Shown: positions 55,294-64,000 of the stretch, piece after piece
Layout: each line of letters begins with the position of its first letter
Numbering within the stretch: the stretch's first letter is position 1
Assembly (NCBI RefSeq): GCF_006345805.1
Contig: NC_042997.1
Span: forward strand, 98,270,001-98,334,000
Origin: Octopus sinensis
Lineage: Eukaryota
Direction: 5' to 3'
Length of the DNA: 64,000 bases
Program-made: the position numbers and the translations under genes
Notes under the pieces: model-generated
Seen by the model: only the letters and a program-made list of their open reading frames with translations
Database searches by the model: none
What the model was told of the DNA's origin: nothing

Positions 55294-55349
55294 TACATTC
55301 TGATGATGTCTACCACTACAACTGGTAAACAGAAACGATCGTAAATGTA
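55294..55349 (+). ncRNA. Type I minimal hammerhead ribozyme, structurally intact
   Basis: UACAUU-CUGAUGA-UGUCUACCA(cuacaac)UGGUAAACA-GAAA-C(GAUC)G-UA^-AAUGUA. Stem I 6/6 bp, stem II 8/9 bp, palindromic stem III ACGAUCGU, GUA triplet; cleavage predicted after 55343. Confidence 0.85.
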
Positions 55350-55819
55350 CTATTACTACCACTTATCTTTATTAATTAAATTAATGACTTACTAGCGCAA
55401 ACGACCAACTTCTTACTGTTATTTTTCTTCCATTTTCCTTTTACATATGTATATATATGTGTATGTGTGTGTGTTTGTGTGTGTGTGTCTGTGTGTTTGT
55501 GTGTGTGTATGTGTGTGCGTGTATGTGTGTGTGCGTGTATGTGTGCATGTGTGTGTTTGGATCTTTGAGCATACTGATATAATATGGTGCAGAATAGATG
55601 AAGGTCAGTGAGTGTTCCCAAATATTTGAGAGAGCGAAATAAAATGAGTACTATAGTAAATACTGAGGTCACTATAATTGACAATAAAATGTTATAAGAT
55701 AGTACCTCAGCAGGGTTGCTGTCCAATAGTAGAATCCATGAAAAAAAATTTAGAGTCTTAATTCATATAGTCTCTTTTAGACACATTAGCATTTGGCTCT
55801 TCTTTGAAATTATATATTA

Positions 55820-56660
55820 CTAGCTGAATGACTCGGAGTTGCCCGGGTTACTGCTGTTTTTATTCAGTTTAATAAACAATAGATATAAAGATTCTCATAT
55901 TTTCAATATATCCAAATTGTTAAGATAATAGAATGTGGAACTGAAAATCTGTCAATGTTGAAGCACCTCGGGGTAAACAATATACATTGTGTTATTTTTT
56001 GTTCATGTCGAAATGAATAAATTGTTGCGGCTTCCATTTCACGTGCAAGCAATATAGAGTTGGCCATGGGAGAATCATGTAGTGGAGTGATCAAGTCCAA
56101 CTACCTTCAGGGATTGACTCTCAGATTTATAATTGAAATACCAAAACTTAGTTTGACTGGAAACTGAAGCATCTTAAATTCAAATGGAATATCTGTAGGT
56201 ATGAGAGGAATTTTTGGAATAACATTTTCTCCATTGTGACTACCTGTTATGATTGTTGCCTCTAGGACATGGAGGGAATTTTGGCGATGAAGATAATGTT
56301 TAGCCCTTAACTTTTTTTATTGTTACGAACGTAGAGGAGGCGCTCACTGTCAACTTTAGCATATATATCAACCAGGTATTACTGAAATAGATCACGATAC
56401 ATGTGTAATTGATTTGATTGTTCTGGTTTTAACATCAGTTAGTAAGTTATTTGACGACACTTGTTTGCTTGTAAATTGCTCTCCTGTGGAATATTGAAAT
56501 GACACCCATCTTCTCCATTCCACAAAATAAGAGAATACTGAGAGCATCATAAGAGGGATGAGTGTCTGAAACACGTTTAAGTTGTTATTTGGAGCACAAT
56601 TTTCATGGGGATCACCTACCATAAAGATAGATACTTCATTAGATGTGGGCTCATTAAAAC
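55820..56660 (-). mobile_element. Internally deleted Helitron (Rep-side and helicase fragments plus 3' end)
   Basis: Minus strand DTHPSYDAL..GEDG.HF, YLVDIYAKVDSERLLYVR, then EATIITG..IPLIPTDIPFEF..QFPVKLSF..SHGQLYIAC. Ends with a CCCGGGCAACTCCGAG hairpin..CTAG|T (CTAG 55820-55823). Confidence 0.85.
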
Positions 56661-56796
56661 GGCGTAAAATGTCCTTTACTATAATTTACTGTAGACGTAA
56701 CACACGCGGAAAACACACACATACACTCGCAGACACATACATACTCATATACATATGCACATATATATGTAGATGTCTATGTGCGTTAACTTTCTG

Positions 56797-58290
56797 AGGC
56801 CTAACGTATAACAATTATCACACATACACTTGCCCACACATACACTCTGACATACACTCACATACATATACTAAGACAGACAGACAAATAAATTTACGCA
56901 CACCTCAGGCCTAGCGCTGTCCCTCTGTGTGTGTCTCTCTCTCTCTTTAGATATGTGTGTGAGTGTGTGCATATGTGCATATGTGTGTGTGTATCAGTCG
57001 TCAACAAAATGTATGTATACTCACACACACACATATACTGTCACATACATTCACACACGTATACTCTTCAGTCACCTGCCTAAAGTACATAATGAACGCA
57101 CAGACACATATACACTCACACACATATACAGTAATACACATGTATATGAAAGCGTAGATGTGTGTGTGTTTAATTGTCGAAGGCCTAGCGTATAAAAGTT
57201 ATCACACATACACTCGCAAACACATACTCTCTGACATACACTCACATACATATACCAACACAGACACACACACAGACATACATTCACGCACACCTCAGGC
57301 CTATCTCTGTCCCTCTGTGAGTCTCTCTCTCCGTCTTTAGATGTGTGTATGTGTTTGTGTCAGTTGTCACAAAAATGTATGTATATTGACGCACATACAT
57401 CCACATATACACTCACACACATATACTTCTCTGTCATCAGCCTAACGTACGTAACGAACGCACAAACACATACTCATTGACAGACACATACAGACTCATA
57501 CAGAAAATATGATGTTGTCGTAGTATAAAATGTCTTTGAACGATAGTTGACTTATAGAAAGATTATAATGCTAGATTTTTGTAATGCGAATATGTAATTG
57601 AAAATAAAGTTTATTTGGTAGCTAAAAGATTGTTGAATCTTTTAATACCCCATACATCAAAATCAGCAACTAAGTTTTCAAATGCATAAGGACACATGTA
57701 TGTGTAGATGTCAGTGTTTAGTTGTCTGAGTCCTAACGTATAAAAACATCACATATACTCGCACACACATACACATTGACATATATATTAACATACATAT
57801 ACTAAGACAGACACATACAAACAAACATTCACGCACACCTCAGGCCTATCTCTGTCCCTCTGCGTGTCAGTGTCTCTTTCCCTGTATATAGATGTGTGCA
57901 TATGTGTGTGTATGTCGTCACAAATATGTATGTATTTTGACGCATACATACACCCTCACATACACTCACACACATACACTTCGAAGTCATCGGCCAAAGG
58001 TACGTAACGAGCGCGCAAACACACCCACACATACTCACAGATATATACACACTCGTATAGTAAATGTGACGTTGTCGTCGTCGTATAAAATGTCGTTTAC
58101 GATAAGTGACTTATAGAAAGATTATAATGTTAAAGTTTTGTAATGCAAATATGTAAATAAAAAAAAAAGTTTATTTGGTAGCCGAAAGATTAATGAATCT
58201 TTTGATACCCCATACGTCAACATCGGCAACTAAGTTTTCGAGTGCATAAGGAACATACGAACACACACAAACACACATACATATATATAT
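56797..58290 (+). repeat. Three diverged tandem copies of a CA-rich 390-550-bp unit
   Basis: ag(g/t)ccta(a/g)cgtataa at ~56797, 57181 and 57729; ttacgcacacctcaggccta-like motif three times. Confidence 0.8.
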
Positions 58291-58296
58291 ATATAT

Positions 58297-59571
<1,275 letters not shown>

Positions 59572-59670
59572 ACAGAGTATATATATAATACTATTAGGGA
59601 GTATAACTCCAAACTTTCAGGGAAAATTCGATTTAGTATTATATCAAATTTCACAGTATAAATATATAAA

Positions 59671-59834
59671 ATATAAAATATGAATTAGAGATAAAACTAC
59701 TATTATGCAACTCAAACAGTGCATAAACCAAAGCATAAATAAAATATAATATAATATATGTATATTATATTATTTGTTATTTATGTATCCCTGTTTGAGT
59801 TGCATAATAGTGGTTTTATCTCTAATTCATATTT

Positions 59835-59839
<5 letters not shown>
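59671..59839. repeat. Short fold-back: 49-bp arms with one mismatch and an AT-rich, internally palindromic spacer
   Basis: 59671-59719 is the reverse complement of 59791-59839 except ACTACT versus ACCACT. Confidence 0.9.
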
Positions 59840-59891
<52 letters not shown>

Positions 59892-61114
59892 ATATATATA
59901 TGCGCAGGCGTGGCTGTGTGGTAAAAAGCTTCCTTCTCTACTGCGTGGTCCAGGACCATTCGCACTGTGTGGCACCTTGGGCAAGAACCTTCTACTTTAG
60001 TCTTGGGCTGACCAAAGCCTTGTGCGTGGATTTGGTTGATGAAAGCTGAAAGAAGCCCACCCATCGCAAGCAGACAGTACACTCTGTAGAAGTCGTTGGT
60101 GTTAGGAAGGGCACCCAGCTGTAGAAACTATGCCACAACAAACAATTTAGAGTATGGACAGCTCCCCAGCTAGGTTGTCAACCCGTTCAACTCATGCTGG
60201 TTGACAACTGGTATTGGTGTATTTGCCAACAATTTCAGGCAGATTCATATCTAATAGGTTAGCCACTTGTTTCACATTGTTTCTTATGTTTATGCATTCT
60301 TTTTTAAATGATATGAACATCTCAATGCTCTATCTAAACTAGCATGGTCATAAACACCTAGCAATACGGTGTCAACTCACTCTTGCTCTTTATTCAAAAC
60401 AGACACAGTCTTCTAGTCTTAGATTTAGTAGTTGATAAAGAGATAAATGAATTAGAAATGAATTACAATCCTTTAAAAGCTATGACCCCAGTGGGTTTCA
60501 TGCGATTATTGAAAGTGTAGTCTATTCTTAGCTACAATAGTGACAGCATGAATTTCTTCCATTTTCTTGCTCTGTTAAAGTATTTGAGAAAATATATATT
60601 GAGTCCGACATGTTAAAATTCTATTTATTTATTTATTTATTTATTTGTGCAGCATTTAAATAGGTGTAATGCTTTGCATTATTCAATTAAATGGAGTCGC
60701 TTGAAACAGCCGTACTTCATCACTACCTGATATCCTGTTGCTTATCTTGATTATATATCTATATATATATATGCATGTATGTATATGTATATATAGGAAA
60801 AGGAAATAATGAATGGATGAAAGTCAGAAGGTATCAGATAAACATATTTATTTCACAAGTTGATATCCATCGAATAACGATCGTTTGCAGGCGGTATTCC
60901 ATCATGGTCGCTGTCCAATGACTGAAATAAGTAAAAGACAAAATGAAAAAATTAATAGGAAATCACAGTATCACATATTCGTTTGTAAACCACAAACATA
61001 ATAGCTTATAACCACTTTCATCTATTTAGACATATAAACGAATCTAAATAAATTTCGAAAATAAAACTGCATAAATAAAGAGAGAAACAAAATACAATTC
61101 TGGCAGGACTGACA

Positions 61115-61390
61115 TAACTACTCTGCGCGCGTAAGCGAAAGCAGGGTATTGTAGTCGCTCGTCTTTGCCTGTGAGTTTGCAAAATTTCTGAAAAACGGCG
61201 GATCGGATTTTCACCAAACTTGGCAGAAATATTCATTGGTAGAGTGGCTCGAATTCATTAAATTTCAGTTTGATTATCATCAAAACTGGCGCAGTGAATC
61301 AAAGTGTTTTGATTGTGCAGATATTTAGCCAAATAATTTATGTGCGGGCAGGGTATGCATCGTGCATCGTCGTGGCATGTTCTCAGTACA
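61115..61390 (+). mobile_element. Possible Helentron-associated non-autonomous element (HINE/DINE-1-like)
   Basis: 5' hairpin ctctgcgcgcgtaagcgaaagcagggtatt, an internal cggattttcaccaaacttgg segment, and a 3' gcagggtatgc subterminal match plus a short hairpin. Resemblance only. Confidence 0.4.
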
Positions 61391-61639
61391 TGAATCTATT
61401 ACTAGCATATAAAAACACATATTATGTCTATTAAATACTATTTGTCTCTCACCAGTTGGAGTACTTATTTTCTTGATCACGGAACAGTACACAATATATT
61501 AATAATAATTATGGTGGTAATAATAATACTATTAATACTATTAATAATAATAATAATATGAATGGCAATATTAATATGAGAGGTAAAAAGAAACCTATAC
61601 CTTTTATTCGAATGGATGACACGTCTAATAAAAACCACC

Positions 61640-62800
61640 ATACCAATAAGAAACACAATAATATCATAATTTGGATTATATTTCCTTTTGCTAAACTTTT
61701 GAAGTCTAATTTTATAAAGTCTATTCGTTCTATTATTAAATCAAATTTTAGTAATTTAGGTATGCTGGGATATTCAATAACAGAATTATTAGATTTGGCA
61801 TTTCTATTTCTCTCAACTTATTTAAGATTATTTCTTACTTTAAAAACAGAATGCTAAATCTTTACTACAAGAATTTAACTTGCTCTACGATTAATACTAA
61901 CCCCACTTAGTCAAATAGCTCTGTATCTTCTACCAGCGATCCCCATACTTATACAAACTATACCTTTATCAACACGCATGGAAATAACAATAGTACTCTT
62001 TTACTTGTTTCAGTCATTTTGACTGCGGCCATGCTAGAGCACCGCCTTTAGTCGAGCAAATCGACTCCGGGACTTATTCTTTGTAAGCCCAGTACTTATT
62101 CTATCGTTCTCTTTTGCCGAACCGCTAAGTGACGGGGGCGTAAACACACCAGCATCGGTTGTCAAGCAATGCTAGGGGGACAAACACAGACACACAAACA
62201 TACACACACATACATATATATATACATATATACGACAGGCTTCTTTTAGTTTCCGTCTACTAAATACACTCACAAGGCATTGGTCGGCCCGAGGCTATAG
62301 CAGAAGACACTTGCCCAAGATGCCACGCAGTGGGACTGAACCCGGAACCATGAGGCTGGTTAGCAAGCTACTTACCACACAGCCACTCTTGCGTCTAATA
62401 TTAGTAACAATTGTATCTAGGAATCGTAGCACCTGTGAGGTTAAAGGTAATTGTAAAATGATAAATGCATATAAAGCTGCTATTGCAACACATGATCTTT
62501 CTAGGTTTCATTTTCTAGGTTGCACGCAAACTCCTCTAAAATTACGTTTGAATAATCATAAATCATTTCTAATTATCCTCGGAAAGAAAGTAGTATTGTT
62601 TATCCAAAAAGGTACGGAAACTTAAAAGAGACAACATAAATTTCTCAATTTCTTGGAATATCGTTTCTTCTGACACTTATAGGATTAAAAATAGAACGTG
62701 TCTTTTATGCCTTGAAGAGTCTTATAAAATTATGAAAGATGAACGGTTCTGTCGTAAATTCGAGAGATGAAAGTGTTTTATCTTGTAAAACATATGTCTT
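61640..62800 (+). mobile_element. Old Penelope-like remnant interrupted by a SINE
   Basis: NIIIWIIFPFAK.. (resembles IIWFNPPY), FLGCTQTPLKLRLNNHKSF (resembles YIGxT..FKxRxNNHK) and RTCLLCLEESYKI (resembles CxLCLxEK). Confidence 0.5.
61997..62395 (-). mobile_element. tRNA-derived SINE (family C)
   Basis: Homologous to 18716-19195. Confidence 0.85.
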
Positions 62801-62941
62801 AGCTTCTTTTCATTAACATTAAGTAGGCTTATTGATTACCTTTTATATTTTCTTATTATACTCTTAGGTTTATGTGTATGAATATATTCTCTGTGTGTAG
62901 AGGTATGTATGTATATATATATAATATATATATATATATAT

Positions 62942-62981
<40 letters not shown>

Positions 62982-63164
62982 TATAATATATATATATAAG
63001 TATACATACTCATGCATACACATACAAAAACACACACACATATATATACATACACATACATATAAAATCATGAGTACAAGTGCTTAAACATACCCCACCC
63101 ATATATATATATATATATATACATATATATGTATGTATATGTATATATATATATATATATATTA

Positions 63165-63210
<46 letters not shown>

Positions 63211-63213
<3 letters not shown>

Positions 63214-64000
63214 AATTAAGGACTGAACACGAAAAGTGGACCGTCAACATGCTAGATATAGACGTCAAATCGCCATTCTCCACAAAAAGTCTATGTTCTC
63301 AGATCAAACTCAACACCAAACCAAAACAATAAACAAGTGAAAAATATACGAAATAAATATTTACCCATGTACTGATCTGAGAACATAGACTTTTTGTGGA
63401 GAATGGCGATTTGACGTCTATATCTAGCATGTTGACGGTCCACTTTTCGTGTTCAGTCCTTAATTGGTATATATAAATATTTTAATCTTCGGATTCTTTC
63501 TTTAATATGCTAGACCCCTGGTTCTAATTGATAAATATCAATTTTTACCCTTAATTTAATTTTATATAAATATTTGTTCTCTAACCGATAAATTAACTGC
63601 TGCTAACTATTAGCTGCAGGCTAGTTTTCTCGGGTCTCATCGCGCCAAAATAAAGACATTTGAAATATATATTTCAAATGTAATAGGCCGTACTCCATGC
63701 ACGCGTTATTTCGGTATCGTGTTGGCATTTAGTACAGCAAATTACATTTTATATGGGACCATGCTGATGATGGCTGCACTTTTCCTTGCGGAAAATAACA
63801 GCCGAAACTAAATTTAGTACATGGGTAAATATTTATTTCGTATATTTTTCACTTGTTTATTGTTTTGGTTTGGTGTTGAGTTTGATCTGAGAACATAGAC
63901 TTTTTGTGGAGAATGGCGATTTGACGTCTATATCTAGCATGTTGACGGTCCACTTTTCGTGTTCAGTCCTTAATTGGTATATATAAATATTTTAATCTTC
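63211..64000 (+). mobile_element. Hammerhead-containing 510-bp tandem unit with an upstream inverted segment (retrozyme or Penelope pLTR-like)
   Basis: 63374-63490 is identical to 63884-64000 (period 510). 63211-63373 is the exact reverse complement of 63816-63978. No ORF. Confidence 0.7.
63759..63824 (+). ncRNA. Type I hammerhead ribozyme, structurally intact
   Basis: CCAUG-CUGAUGA-U-GGCUG(cac)UUUUCC(uugc)GGAAAA(uaa)CAGCC-GAAA-CUA(AAUU)UAG-UA^-CAUGG. Stem I 5 bp, stem II 5+6 bp, palindromic stem III ACUAAAUUUAGU, GUA triplet; cleavage predicted after 63819. Confidence 0.9.

Overview
AT-rich, microsatellite-dense eukaryotic genomic DNA. It is most likely from an octopus or other coleoid cephalopod; this is inferred from the repeat landscape, not from a search. 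The first 22 kb hold the last nine coding exons (948-21913, + strand) of a 5'-nucleotidase/UshA-family metallophosphoesterase gene. All introns are GT-AG, the phases are consistent, and the exons give 407 aa to the stop. The 5' part of the gene lies outside the window. I found no host exon I can support after 22 kb. The rest is transposon-derived: RTE, R4/Dong-like and Tx1/L1-like LINE fragments, three Penelope-like (GIY-YIG) remnants, two mariners and a mariner MITE, several Helitron pieces, tRNA-derived SINEs, long simple repeats and one 100-N gap. The strongest signals are non-coding. (1) Two structurally intact type I hammerhead ribozymes, at 55294-55349 and 63759-63824. The second sits in a 510-bp tandem unit whose upstream inverted copy starts at an (AT)n tract and ends 4 nt from the predicted cleavage site, which resembles a retrozyme or Penelope pLTR insertion. 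(2) A Tx1-like LINE inserted into the (AAT)n segment of a higher-order trinucleotide array whose empty-site unit is still visible nearby. (3) Several long fold-back palindromes. All calls were made by eye; no alignments or folding programs were run, and element boundaries are approximate unless stated.
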